Below are positions 51,632 to 64,000 of a stretch of DNA of 64,000 nucleotides, in pieces. This DNA comes from Klebsormidium nitens (lineage: Eukaryota; Plantae; Klebsormidiophyceae), in NCBI GenBank assembly GCA_000708835.1, contig DF237203.1, forward strand, positions 57,812 through 121,811. Direction: 5' to 3'. Position numbers and translations under genes: made by a program. The first letter of the stretch is position 1, and the number at the start of each line of letters is the position of its first letter. The notes beneath the pieces were generated by a model. The model worked only from the letters and a program-made list of their open reading frames with translations. It was not told the DNA's origin and searched no databases.

Positions 51632-52863
51632 ATGGCGCTTGTACATTCCTCAGCGTCTGCATCATTTTTATGCGGGTGTGGGAGGTGGGACTTTACTGAG
51701 CAAGCAACCCAACGATCGAGACAGCTGAGCACGCAGGTGCAGATTAGCAGCCCCGCCACAGTAGTCGCTTCAAACTCCCGAGGCTCACAAAACGGGTCGG
51801 CTGGGGACGCTTCTCGACTGCGGAAGGAAGTGCGATTTACTCCGAGGGCATCTCCAGTTCTTGAAGAGCTCAGACTTCTATCAGATGCTGCTGCTGAAGC
51901 ACAGGCGGCTAAGAAAGGGGACTGGATCACGGGTTTGATGAAAAAACTTCCAGGGAAGCAGAGCATGAAGCAAGCCAGAAAGAGTGTGATTGGACTAGAG
52001 GTATGGAGAAATGTCGGTCACTACTTCTTTCCTCAGTGGTTTTCTGAAGATGTGTCGGATTTAGATCCAGATTCCACTTGTTTTCTGGATGGATCAAGAT
52101 ATCCCAGGGGTGCTGGAGCCTGATTGTATGGAGTTTCCGGTCAGATCAATATGGTCTTGGTATTCCCTTTTGCAGTTTATATGTATTGCACCAGAAGAAG
52201 ATTCTCATATGAGCAAAGCTTCACATCCCTCCTGTCGTCCAGCTCTAAACAGCGGATTTACAGTTCTGAGTAGAGACTTACACTCTGCGCCCGTGCCTTC
52301 AAAGACTGGTCTTGTAGTCTGTGCACCCTGCTGATGGCTTGGTTACTTGAAGAGTTTGTGCTGTTGAAGCTCTGACGCTCTGTCACATCTCTCCGCAGGA
52401 ACCAATCAAGGAGTTGTTCGACTACGCCAGCGAACACAACCCTCTGGAGGATCGGTCAAAGAGCTCAACGATGCATGGCAAGCAGCTTTACAGAACAAGG
52501 GAAGAAGCTCCTTGTGGGGAGTACCTGTTTGATCCGGAGCCTCAGGCCGAGCAGGCAAGCTCACGGGGCAACGGAAAGGCTCGCAGGGATCCCAGCATCC
52601 TTCCAAGCCAGTGGGATCAAGAGCTTAAGAGATCAACTCCTCCAGGCAGTCCGGCCAAGCTTGGGGGAGGCTTAAAGGACTCCCTTAGCAAAGAGCAGAT
52701 GCTAGCTCTGGCGGGTGCTTCCATGGTTGGTGAGGGTGACGGCCTCGCAAGCGCGAAGGCTGGTCAAGGGAATGGCACGGTAGATAGACGGAATGTGGTG
52801 TTACAAGGAGTTCAGCAGGTAACGAGCACGATTGAGCAGTGGGCTGAGAATGTCAGGAAGTAA
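51632..52863 (+). CDS. Hypothetical protein, possibly plastid-targeted (orphan)
   Basis: Two in-phase exons, 51632-52000 (donor GTATGG) and 52399-52863, with a Ser/Arg-rich transit-peptide-like N-terminus. An alternative donor CAG|GTAACG at ~52819 could join a short last exon 53483-53509 (SAMDESTT*). No family recognised. Confidence 0.55.
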
Positions 52864-54705
52864 AAGGCGGTGTCATTTCTGAGCCTATGCCGAGCTCAAA
52901 CATTTAGCTTGGGTACGAGGATCCTGATCATCCAGAGTTGAGACCCCGGAACCTGAGTTCACATCAAGATCCGAGGCCAGGAGAAGGACGGAGCTACCGT
53001 TCATTAGTCTTTTCTAGTTGTGCATCAACGCATTATTGAAGGTGAGGACTAAATAGCAGAGAACATGATCTGTCCAGTTTCGTAGGCAGAGCTGTCCGCT
53101 TTTCTCATTTGAAGACAACTCATTCCGTGTTCGACAGCCCCCTAGGAAATCATGGTATACTAACGCACTTGCACGTTAGAAGCCGTTGTACATAGTTGAG
53201 GTGATTGCGGTGCAAAAGCATACTTGACTGAGTTAGCTTTCAGTGACCAGACCAAGTATTCAGCATTAATTCCTGAAGAGAGCCAAAGATTTTAAACTTG
53301 GATGTTGATTCTGAGGTGTCCGACCTTTCTTCGACCAATGAGTAGCGTAGGAAGTGCGCGTTGCTCAATTTGTGGTCCTGGCCTGTGCAACCAGGATTGA
53401 CTGCAAATCAGGGCCCATGTATGCATGCATATGCATCTTGTATTGTCTAGTGTTCTCGGTCTTAGAACGCCCTTGAATGCAGTCGGCGATGGACGAGAGC
53501 ACGACCTAGACGGTGATGTTGATGATTCAATTTCTTCTGACAATCCCGTAGGTGCAACAACAGGAATGGTCATGCACCTTGATGAGAAGAATTTGAACTT
53601 TGCAATTCCTGGTAGTATCTTCTGTGTTGTGTTGATCAGCCCGCAATTATTGCAATCGGGATTGCGGTGTTATGTTACTACATGCCGTAAAAGGAGCATA
53701 TTCTGACGTTGCAATGAACATAGATCTAACATGTACTGCCTAGTCCGTGGGCCTGGCACTGACGGACGCATGGGCTCGAACAGCTGCTATATCTGGCAAG
53801 CTAGTGTACACTATATGCAGTGCACTGAGCCATGTTATCTCACATCACCCGTCTCATGATGATATACGTATACAGACAGTCTGCATATTGAACATCACAT
53901 AAAGTTGATTACTATTATGCATCAATAGCATGACAAGCACAATATTCTACATGTATTAATATGATAGCCGGACCTAGCGTACCGTACGTGGGATCCACTT
54001 GTAGAGAGCATGCATGTATCATGTGCATCATTGAGATCGTGATCAATCAGTGGGCCATACAGAAAATTTCTGGTGCATGCTACTACGCCAGGCCGGGATC
54101 GTGCCACTCAGTCCCGAGCTTAGGAACTGTATTGTATTGCATATGCAACATAGCAACGTAGTACCATGGTATGCACGAGATTGTTCAACCTAGCTACCGA
54201 CATTACTCGATCCAATGCAGGCCAACATGTGATAAGAACCCATGGGCGTGGCTGCTTTCAAGAGAGCTTTTGCCCTTGACTGCGGGCCTGCTGGCTTTCT
54301 TACTACTGAGAAAGCTAGCCCGCGACGTAATGGTCCTCCCTTGGTAATCTAGTTTTCAGGGTTGAGCAAGTTGATATCATTTTTATTCTTTTGAGTGGCG
54401 TTCGATGGGGGTTACTCGCGCTCTCTCGGTCATCAGCGCGGTCAACCTGGCTAAGATCTCTGCAGAAAGGATCACATGTGAACAGGCCTTACCACTCTCA
54501 TGTCTTCAAATTCTGTAAACTCAACAAGGGAGGTGACGACAGAGCATCAGACGGACACGAAGATTTCTACTTAGACGAGCTGAGACGCTAGATACTGTGT
54601 CCAAGTCTTACAACTGGAACGATCCTAGCCGCCCGTCTTCTCACTTGCGTTGCATCCTGTCGGATATCACACAACCAGCTTTCCTGAGGGCCTTCTTATT
54701 GTTGT

Positions 54706-57700
54706 TCAACGACGAAGTTCTCCTGCCTCGTGCCCTCTTATCCCCACCTCCCCTTCATCCGCCCCGCTCTCGAGCTCTCCTTCGGAGGCCTCATCCGCAG
54801 GCCGGACCTTAGCAAGGCCCCGAAGAGTGGCCACGGCACTCCGGATGACATCTTTCCGGGGGGTGGGCCGTCGCATCTGCGAACGGCTCGTTGCCCTCCC
54901 CCCTGCCCATGCGGAAGCCGTTCCTCTCCTCCGCCTACCCCTAGCGTCCAGCGACTCACTGAAACTGTCATCATCTTCCTGGTCCCTATACTTGCGGCTC
55001 GCTGTCCTGCCCGGTGGGTCTTCACCGGGTCTGTCTTGTTGCCGAATAAGGCCCGGCTCCGAGTCGGCTGACAGCTCGGGGGGTGCCAACCGGCCTCGTT
55101 GACCGGGCTCCTGGTCCTGGCGCAGGTCCCCGGGCTCAGCTTCGCCTGCAATCAAATTGTGATGAATCAAAAGCCCTTAAGGAGTGCTTTACAGATTTGA
55201 CACTCATGACCTTGCTGCCGCTGCACTTCGTGCTAGCCTCCAAGTTGCTTGCTTCGTTGCCAGAGTAGTTACTTCTTCAAAAAGGTACGGCAAGAAGCGA
55301 AGCAAGAGACCTTTCACAACGGCTTGCAGGGTTAGGACGGCTCAGATGCACACTGTTCTTTGCTCCACGGCACTCCCTGACCGACCCCCGGAAGCCGTAC
55401 CTTCTGACAGACTGCTGGTTGCGGCGACGTCCTGCCTCGTTTGTTGCGGCTCCGCTTCGTGCCTCAGACCGGAAGGCGGTCCGCCAAACGACGCGGATGG
55501 CTCAGAAGCCAGGCCTGAGTCGATTGGCAAACTGGTCAGCAATAAGTACTGTTCGGTGGAGCGCAGGGCTAGACGTTGGGAAATGGTAGGGCAAGAGCGA
55601 CGAGCGAGCATGGCGAGCAGAGGGACGTCAGGATCGAATAGGAACGCGTAGTCAGTACACCTTCAAGATGCTCGACCTGGCGTGGTCGAGGGCGCAAAGA
55701 GGTGACTTTCGGAGTTGTTTTCGAGAAGACGCTTTTGTCTGGCCTTCCCTTAACGAAATTCTCCCAACCACACCCGTCCTTTAAACGTACGGTTGATGGA
55801 CAACCCAAAAGGTGACTCAAAAGAAAGCTGTCATGCGTATTGGGCTCGAGCCCCAATTAAGTCGAGGGCACTGACAACTTAAAGCATCATGAAATGAAAA
55901 GTAGGCCGTCGATTATGCACGTCACTTGCACGTTATGCAACATGCTGCTGGACATCAACGTGCTAGCCTGATAAGCCATGGGCCGGCAAATTTCATAGCA
56001 AGTTGCACACTCACCTGCCACCACTTCGCCAAACGACACCGACGTCGACTCCGTCAGCGCGGCGCTCGTACGGCCCCCCCCGGAGGGGGATCCCCCGCTG
56101 CGGATGCTGCTCTCTTCCTCCCCCCCCGCCAGCAACGTGTGCGCCATGGTCTCCACCGCCTGCCGCGCGTCCCACCGCTCGTCCAGAAACGCCCACCGCC
56201 GCCGAGCGCGCGCCCCCAGGCTCTTCTCCGCCCCCGCCGCCGACGTGGCGCTGACGTCACGTTGCTCCTCGGGTCGCCCGTCGGTCGGTTCCACTGCTGG
56301 CAAAGCAGGAGTGGGCGGCGCGGCTTGGGGGGAGTCTTCTTCCTTGAGGGGGGTTTGTGCTGTGCCGTTTTGCTCTGCCGGCGCCCCCCCTTCCGGCTCG
56401 GCTTCCTCCTGCTCTGCACGCTGTTGGCCGTCCTCTACCCGAGTACTATCTTGTCGCTCTGCCTCGTCCTCTGCAGTTACCTCTCGCCCACCTTCACTCT
56501 TCGCTTCTTCGTTCGCGTCATTGTTTTCCAGCCCGTCCTGCTTTCCTAAGCCCCTCGCTGAAGACTCCCTTTGAGCCTCAATTTGGTCAGGGCCCCCCGC
56601 CCCAGTTTCCGACTCTAGTTCCCCGGCCAGCCGCACGCTGATGCCCATTCCCTCAAGCGCCGCCTCGAACCCCCTCCTCACCGCTTTCCTGCGGACCAGC
56701 GTCACTTCTGGCGACGACGAGGGCGTGCTGGGAGTGGGCGGGGTCGCCGGCGTACTCCCCGCTTTAATTCTGCGGGTTACTCTCACGGGTTTCGGCTGCG
56801 GCGCCGTCTGCGGCTCGGTCTGGGCTGCCGCCGCCCGGTTTTCTCTTAATCCAGGTTCTGTGACGGGGTTTGGGAAAGGGTTTGGGAAAGGGGCGCCGGG
56901 AACGAAGCGTCCATCGGGCTGAAAGTAGAAGGGGAACGGAATGAACGGCCAAGGCTGGGACGGACCAGTAACGGACGGCAGACCACTAGCTGGGTAAGAA
57001 GTGGGTAGAAATGGGAAAGGCAGGGGGCCCTGGGTTACCGGAATAGAGCCGAGCGTTTCTGGCTCGGGGGCGCGGATTGCTGCTTGTGCAAGCCCCGCAG
57101 GGGGGGCCGGAACTTCCGGTTGCGCTGCCGAGACGCTGACTTCCGGCGGCGCTTGAGAGACTGAGGGCCTGGAATCAGAAACCGCTGCTTCTTCTTCGTC
57201 TTCCAGTGGAGGCGACAGACCGCTTTCTATGCCTCTCGCTGTGCCGACAACGCCGACTCCGACCCTCTCTGCGCCAGCCTCCTCTCCCCGCACTTCAGCC
57301 CGGTGCTGTGCAGACGTGTCCGCTGATGTCATCCTCGGGCCCAATGCGTCCTCTGGCGCATCCCCAGAATTCCACGCTTCTTCCTCCCTCGTACTGTCCC
57401 GCTGCGCGTTCTGCTGCTGATTTCCCACCGCCCACATCCTATCCACCTCTTCGCTGATGACCTCAGCAGCCACCGCGCGCACCAGCTCCTCGTCAATGCT
57501 GACGTCATCTGACAGCCGCTCCCTTAGTGCGTCGTTACCGCCCGCCTCAGCCCCACTGCTCATCTCAGAGAAGACGCCAGAGTCAGCTGCTTTCAGCCCC
57601 TCCAATATCTCCGGCCTTTGCAACAGTTGAGAAATGACCTGCTCGCTCAGCCACTCCGTAACACCCCTCGCCGTCTCCTCCAGCCCCTTCCCGCCACTTG

Positions 57701-60700
57701 GCGCGCTTTCGACCGCGCCACGTGGCTCCGACCCACCGAAGTCTCTCTCCGTGCCCTCCTCCGATCGTTCTGCCGGATCGTCGTCGTTCCGTTCTGAAAG
57801 TCGTTCCGCGATCAGCCCCGCTGCGGCCTCTCTCGCAAGCGCCACAAGTCTTCCTACCGCCCCCTCATTGTCACCAGAACCGGGCATTCCCGCCCCCACC
57901 GGCCGCGTCTCCCCCTGTCTCCGCTGCCTCGGTTCCGGGGACGGATACCTAACGGCAGTCGCCGGACGGTGCACCATTTCACCGGGGCGCAGAGTGCTTC
58001 TCCTCGGGACACCAGGGCGGGGGGCCCGTTCCAGGGCCAAATCCTCCCCCCCCTCCCCACCAGGAGACTCGGGGGGCCGCCGCGGCTCGGACATGCGCTT
58101 GACCCAACCCGCGTCACCGCTCTCTTTCCGCTTTCTCGCGGGCGGCTGCGCGGCAGGCGGCCGCTTCACCTTGTGGCCGAACGCGATCTCGACCTTCTTC
58201 AGGGTCACCGGCTTTTCCTCTCGTCTCTGCGCCCCCCTCGAGCCCGCCTTTCTCGGCAAACCCTCCGGAACCTTCACGTCTCCCTCCACAGAGATCCCCC
58301 TGTTCTCCTTCCCGTCGGCCCGCCGCCTCCCAACCCCACTCTTCGTCTCCGCGTTTCCCGCCAGGTTCTCCGCTCTGTCTCGAGCCGCTCCTAAGGGGTC
58401 CCCGATCCGCCTCCGCTTTGCGCCAACGGGCATCCCCGTGGATAAGGCCGCCGCTGCGGCAATCCGACGGTCCACATCCTGGCGCAACCTTTCTAAAAAC
58501 AGGGCCTCTTCGGCTTGCTGGGCACTCAGGTGGTCAGTCTGTGGGGCCTCCCAACTGTCGGAAACGTTGTGGGCAGCAGACGCAAAGGCCAACTCTTGAA
58601 AGGCGGGGTCCTTGGCCCGCTCTTTGGCGCGCCCTGGCACGCCCTTTGCAGCCCGGGTAATCAGCTCGAGTTCCTGCACAAGAGGCCGGGGGCTTGGTCG
58701 TCAGTGAAGGTCGACACTCCAAGCACCCTTTGGTGTCAATCAAAGTACCAACGAGGGGGTGAGGCTTTCAAAAAGATTTATGTGCCTGCTAGTACGTACA
58801 GGGTTTGAGAAGGCTACTGAGGGTCTATGTGCTCACAACAGCATGGAAACATGATGCTCCAGATCCCCTTCTCAAGAGACGCTGCTCCGCCGACAGCCAG
58901 GTTGTTCTTTCGTCTTCTGTACGCAGGAACAAGCTGTTCCGGGACGGGTCCTCAGAGGTGCGGAAGTGAGAGCACAAGGAAGACCGTTCGGTTGAGGCGG
59001 GGGCAGAGCGCACCGATTCTGCATGGAACAGACACCTGATCTGGGACCCTCAAGGCAGCTTCCGATGACGCAAGTGAGAGCAGAAGGAAGGTCGTACGGT
59101 CGAAAAGGGGTCAGCGCGCACGAACCTTGTGTGCGGCGTCGTAGTCGAAAGCGCTGCCGAGCAACGCCTGCACAGCGGCCTTGGCGGAGTTGGCCCGCTC
59201 TTCCTCCCTCGCCGCAAGATCCCGCCACCTGCGCATCCAGAAAAATACTCCCAACTCGTTAACAAGGAGCCGGTGTGCCTCCGTTGGAGTTGTTGACTGA
59301 CGTTGCAGCGCCTTCAACGGAGGACGCCCCTTTGAAGGCAAGGTGCGGTCAGGGCGTTTCTGAGCAGAGCGTGTCGGGCTAGAACGGATCACACGGAGTA
59401 TACTGGCTGAGCGGAGATTGACCTGCTTTCGACGGTTTTGCCAGATCACCGTTCAACTTTCTCCCATAATCGTCTCGGCCTGAGAGTAACGGCGGCGAAG
59501 AAGTTGCAATGTGATCCTTGAAACAAACAGGGACGTGCTCAACCGCACGGTTGTCTCGAAGCATTTGCATTTGGCAAAGCGGTGCAAGTGCTTTACAAGA
59601 CAAGATGCCGAAGTTTCTTCACTCCAAGGTGTTCCATCACATATCCAACGGTAAGGATGCTCCGTTTCTAGCCGAAACAGCTCACTTGGCGTGCGCCGCA
59701 TGGACCAGCAGCTGCCACTCCATGCCGTGCCCCTCGACCGCCTTCACCGCTTCTTCCACCGCAGACTCGAGCCCCGGCCACTGGCTGGGGGCCACATGTT
59801 CCTCGGGCTTGAATTCGCGCAACCCAGTTGCCAGCTCAGCTGCTGCTGACGCAACGTCTTGCGGGCCCCGCTTAGAGGACTGAGATGCAGTGGAAGAGCG
59901 GCTGCGGGGGAGAGAGGACGCCTTGGAGGGGAGGGGCGTGCGCAGCCGGAATGCGGGCGACTGGAGGGCGACCTGGTGAGACCCGCGGACCTGCCAGGGG
60001 GGAGAAAGAAGGGGTGTGAAATGAGACGCTGCTCCAGGGAAAGCATACATGCAACATAGAGCGACTCTAGGGGGAGCTTGAGGGAGTCGAGAGATGGAAA
60101 GGCGACAACTTTCAGAAGATAAGAAGCGGCTTATACTGACGACGTGAAAAGAAGCAGGGCTCAGCTCGATAAATGTAGAATCTCAGCTCGAGTTCAACAT
60201 CTACAGGCGACCGGGCGCCCCTTCACGGACCACGTCTGAGCTTACGCGAAGTGTCCCCGGGCCCGCACCACCCCTCACCTGTTGCCTCAGGCTGTCCAGC
60301 TCTGCCGTCTGGCGCGCCATTGCGTGCGCGGCAGCCGCTCTCCGCTCGCCCCCCACGTGGCCTTGCCCAACGTGGGCCGCTTGCGCGAGCTGCGCCGCAC
60401 CCTGCAGGCTGGCTGCATGGAAGCTGGCGCACGCGGCGTAGAATTCGCCCAATTTGCGGTCGAGCATCTCCTTAAGGTCAGTGACAGCTGTCGCCAGCTG
60501 GCGTGAGAGTGCGGGGGCCGGGGTTGCGGTGCTTATTGGAGCGGGGGCCTCTTGGGAGGCGGGGAGAGGAACCGATTGCAGCTTTGAGACGGCGTCGACC
60601 ACCTGGCATAGACACAAGCAGCGGTCCGTTTGTCTAGTGGCGTTTCAGGGCACTTGAAGAGGTCGCATCCATGGTTGTATCGCCCCAATGAGAGTGTCCG

Positions 60701-63678
60701 AGTCTGCTCCTTTCAATCCAAGGGAGAAGTTCGAAGGTGTGTGTATAAGTCCGACCAAATGATGCACGCTCCAAATACTGATCTGAGCAGGAGCGAATGG
60801 CGGGGGAAGTCGCTCATCATTTCAAAGATTGGCAAAATTGCAGCCAATCGTTCAAAACTTGAAACGAGACTTGCAGTCTTACCTCGTGCGCCGCTTCTCG
60901 TGCTTGTGCGAGGAGAGCCGTCGCAGGGCGGAGGGGCGCCAGGTCGGCATTCCCCGTCACCCCCACTGGATCTCGTGTCCCTGACGCTTGAGGTACGCTG
61001 AGCGACTGCAACTCAAGCTCCGCCCGTCTCTTCTGCATCTCGATCTGTGCAAGGAAGACAGCAAGATGGTCTCAATCAGGTTCAACCAGGGAGGGTACCA
61101 GACAGGCCCGCTAGAGGAGGTATTTACGGTAGCGAGATTGGTACCTTGCAACTAGCATGAGAATGTGTGCGAGCTTGCTTTCGCCAACATTAGCTAGACT
61201 CTATTATGGAGCACAAGTACACGAGCTATTTCCGCCACTTTCCTCGCAAAGGAGTTCCACAATTGAGCAACCTGACTTGACGACCTTTGCTCCGCCAGCT
61301 TCTCGGCGATATGGACCTCAACTTCTTTGACAGGGCATGAAAGGGTGCAGGCTTTCCACTAGCAAAGCTTTTTTAGGTGGTGTCAACAAGGCATATAGCG
61401 GACCAATGCACCACACCCCAAAGCACACCGATCATACGGCCTTGTTTCAGTGCTGTTGATAATTTGGTGCAAGATTCTTGGAAGACACATCACATTGGGG
61501 GCACATCACTCGCCCTGACAAACGACTGGATTGCACAACTGGCTGCGCCGCTCACCTTCCTCCTACAACTTCAACCTTTGAGAGTGCGACTGATTAGATA
61601 GCACATTGCAGGTCAATTCGCCCTCAGCCTGCCCCCCTCACCTCGTATTGCAGCACAGGTTTGCTAAGCACAGACATCCCGGACGCTTTCCTCTAAACAT
61701 GCCCCCCTCACCTCGTGCTGCACCTTCTGTTCCTGCAGCTCCAACGTTCGCCGCTGCAGTACCTCCAGCATGCGCACCCGCGCCTCCATCTCGCTTGCAA
61801 CATTCCCCGTCACCTGACCAACCTGCGGCACCCCTTCTGACCGAACCACCCCCGTATCATTGTCCGATGCAGACTCCGCTGCCCTGACCATTCCCTCTGT
61901 CGTCGCCCCCTCTCTGTGTGCCCCATCCCCATCGACTTGATTCTTTACACCGGACGTAAGTGAGGGAGCTACCTTGGGCTCGGCCCCGTCCTCTTTGGGT
62001 CGCGGAGTGGTGTGCACGGCAACCGATGGCTTTTGCACCGCCCCTCCTCGAATGCTCGGGAGCACCACCAGCTTGGCGCGAGGGGCAGGCTCGCTGATTT
62101 CATCATCTGACTGCGGGACGGGCCTTGAGGTCTCTGCCCCATTTTCATCTGCTTGCATAGCAGCTTCTGAGTCAGCAGGGGCTGTCTCAACAACTTGCGC
62201 CCTCCCTTGGACATTGGGGTCCGAGTGCAGGTTGGGCTTAAGCAGTGGCAGTTTGGATTGGGGACCCACAGAAGATGATCCAGATTCCCGGCGTCCTATC
62301 CCCTCGCTCAACACACGCCTGCTGTTCTCCACTGAGCTAGAAGGCCCTAATTTGTTGCTGCTGTTAGGCAAGTCAACGACAAGCTGCGCCCCGAGCGAGC
62401 CCTGCTGACCCTTAGTACTCGTCTTACCACCACCCGCAGCTTCTACAGCTTCGCTAATTCCCCCCTGTGTTCCATCCGCTGATGCCAGCGGGGTCAGCCG
62501 CTGGGCGGGAACTAGAGACGCCAACACCCTTGCCAGGTAAGCCTGAGCTTCCTCTGAACCTTCACTGGCCTGTTTCAAAGAACTTTCTCCGAGGGCATCC
62601 GCTGAATTGCCCTCAGCCAAAGAAACAGCCTCCCAGACTCTGAGGCCCTGGCCCTCAGAGGGTAACACCATTGGCTGGCGACTAAGAGCGTTGGGGCTGA
62701 GCAGCCAGTCCCAGTCTTTCATTTCCAGGCTACCACCACGACGCTGCATGCCAGAGAAGCAGACCAGTGTCGTACTTCACTCTTCATCAAGGTGCCATTC
62801 TCAACTTCCATCAACTTCAGAGATGCAATTGACCACTAGAACTTGCAGATCGTCTTGCTTTTTGACTGTTCTTTGATTGACAAGCTTCCTAGCAAAACTG
62901 CTAAGGTCCATGTTGGAGTTTCCAACATCTCACAATTACTCACCTCCAACAACAGCTGGATCTTCAAAGCCATCTCCTTGGCTGTGCCATCACTCTCCTC
63001 CTCAAAACCCTCATCTTGTTCGGTGTCTCCGCTCACGAGTTGTTCTCCTGCCAGCTCACTGGCATGCCCAGTCTCATTTGGAAAAGTCTCTTCTCTTTCC
63101 AAACCTCCCCCATTAGGGTTAGGGTTAGGGTTCGCAACCATTGATGGACTGGTCGTCTGATTGGTCTCTTTTCCCAGCATTTCACCTTCAGAGTTGACTA
63201 CAAAAAAGACAAGAGGAGCATTCGTACTCTCTGCAGACTGCCTGGGCCGCTGCCGGGTAGGTGGCTCATCTGGTGCATATTGTTCCCTACCTAGTTCCCT
63301 GCCCATTGCCAATCTAGCACTGGCCGCTGCCGGCTGCCAATGCAGCAGCTCTCTCTGATTGTCGACATGCAATTCCTCAGCAGCTGTCGACCTCGCTCCA
63401 AATTGCTTGACCCGCCTGGTGTCTTCTTCATGGCCCAAGAGGCACTCTTCCCAGTCACTACCATCAGAGCTCAGGTCCGAGTCTGATAAAAAGGAGTGCT
63501 GCCGCATCAGGTCATCCTCCAATGCACCACCGCTGTCTTCCCCTCGTCCATGAGGGGCACTTTCGAACGACGCCCTCACAGACTGTAGCTCAGACCGAAA
63601 TCGACCCAGCTCCTCTTTCAGGAGGACATCCACACGAGGCGAGGCTGCAACTTCCATCCTTGGAGCATGCCCTGTCAT
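54706..63678 (-). CDS. Very large low-complexity Glu/Pro/Ser-rich protein with coiled-coil segments (weak TALPID3/KIAA0586 resemblance)
   Basis: Co-oriented long ORFs bounded by splice signals: ~62945-63678, 61712-62744, several exons at 59.1-61.2 kb, ~56015-58679 (930-aa ORF), ~55402-55570 and 54706-55146. The exon chain is only partly resolved and the 5' end may extend beyond the window. Confidence 0.65.
56865..56893 (+). repeat. 12-bp tandem repeat (GGGTTTGGGAAA)x~2.4 with five G-tracts
   Basis: GGGGTTTGGGAAAGGGTTTGGGAAAGGGG; encodes PFPNPFPNP on the minus-strand exon. Confidence 0.85.
63113..63132 (+). repeat. Interstitial telomere-like repeat (TTAGGG)3TT inside a coding exon
   Basis: TTAGGGTTAGGGTTAGGGTT; read on the minus strand as NPNPNPN within MVANPNPNPNGGG. 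Confidence 0.85.
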
Positions 63679-64000
63679 CTTTGAGCTGCAGCATTTATAC
63701 TGTACATGGCATACCAGCCTGTATGGTGCTCTCACACTGTCAGTGTTGCAGGGACCGTCTGGTTAACATTTCAATTTTCATCACCATGGGCCTTTTGCAA
63801 GCTGAACCCAAAATGACCAGCCAGAAGAACGCTTGCATTCAAAACAAATTTGAAAACTTGACTGAAGAAGTTAGCACATCGGACGGTCGACTCGTCTCAG
63901 ATTTGATATGTATCGGACGGTCAAGAACGATCTTGACAATGTGTTCGAGCAACTAGGTTGAGACCATTAGCATCTGACGATATTACGGTATGCAATTACC

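Noticed and set aside
57634-58599. Long + strand ORF (321 aa) and similar antisense ORFs across the window
   Set aside because: These are shadow frames of GC-rich exons on the opposite strand, with no motifs or splice-consistent structure.
1-64000. CRISPR arrays, rRNA, tRNA, transposase/reverse-transcriptase ORFs
   Set aside because: No regularly spaced repeats, rRNA or tRNA signatures, or DDE/RT motifs were seen by eye. tRNAscan-SE and Infernal would be needed to exclude small RNAs.

Overview
Eukaryotic, intron-rich (GT-AG, introns mostly ~0.1-1 kb), gene-dense nuclear DNA of a streptophyte green alga, probably Klebsormidium-like. This is inferred from land-plant-type gene families plus a candidate basal-body gene. 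Genes were assembled by hand from spliced exons, and family calls are recognition from memory, not database searches. In order: pheophytinase (3' part), importin alpha-9, eukaryote-type cytosolic CysRS, a secreted bacterial-like six-hairpin-glycosidase-type protein, HAD-IIA hydrolase, alpha/beta hydrolase with a C-terminal UIM-like motif, an unannotated small-ORF locus, PP2C, plastid TPR protein, stand-alone UDP-glucose 4,6-dehydratase-like enzyme with a catalytic Glu->Gln change, IRX10/IRX7-like GT47, an orphan protein, and a very large low-complexity protein weakly resembling TALPID3. Two diverged copies of a non-autonomous DNA transposon (CAC...GTG termini, 2-bp TSDs) lie in opposite orientation. 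No rRNA, tRNA or CRISPR was seen. Top leads: (1) the putatively horizontally acquired secreted glycosidase-like gene; (2) the 29.2-31.2 kb locus with a 21-bp hairpin and a 36-aa ORF whose stop overlaps an open +1 frame; (3) the MITE family; (4) a recurring CpG-poor zone in the first ~1-2 kb of genes.
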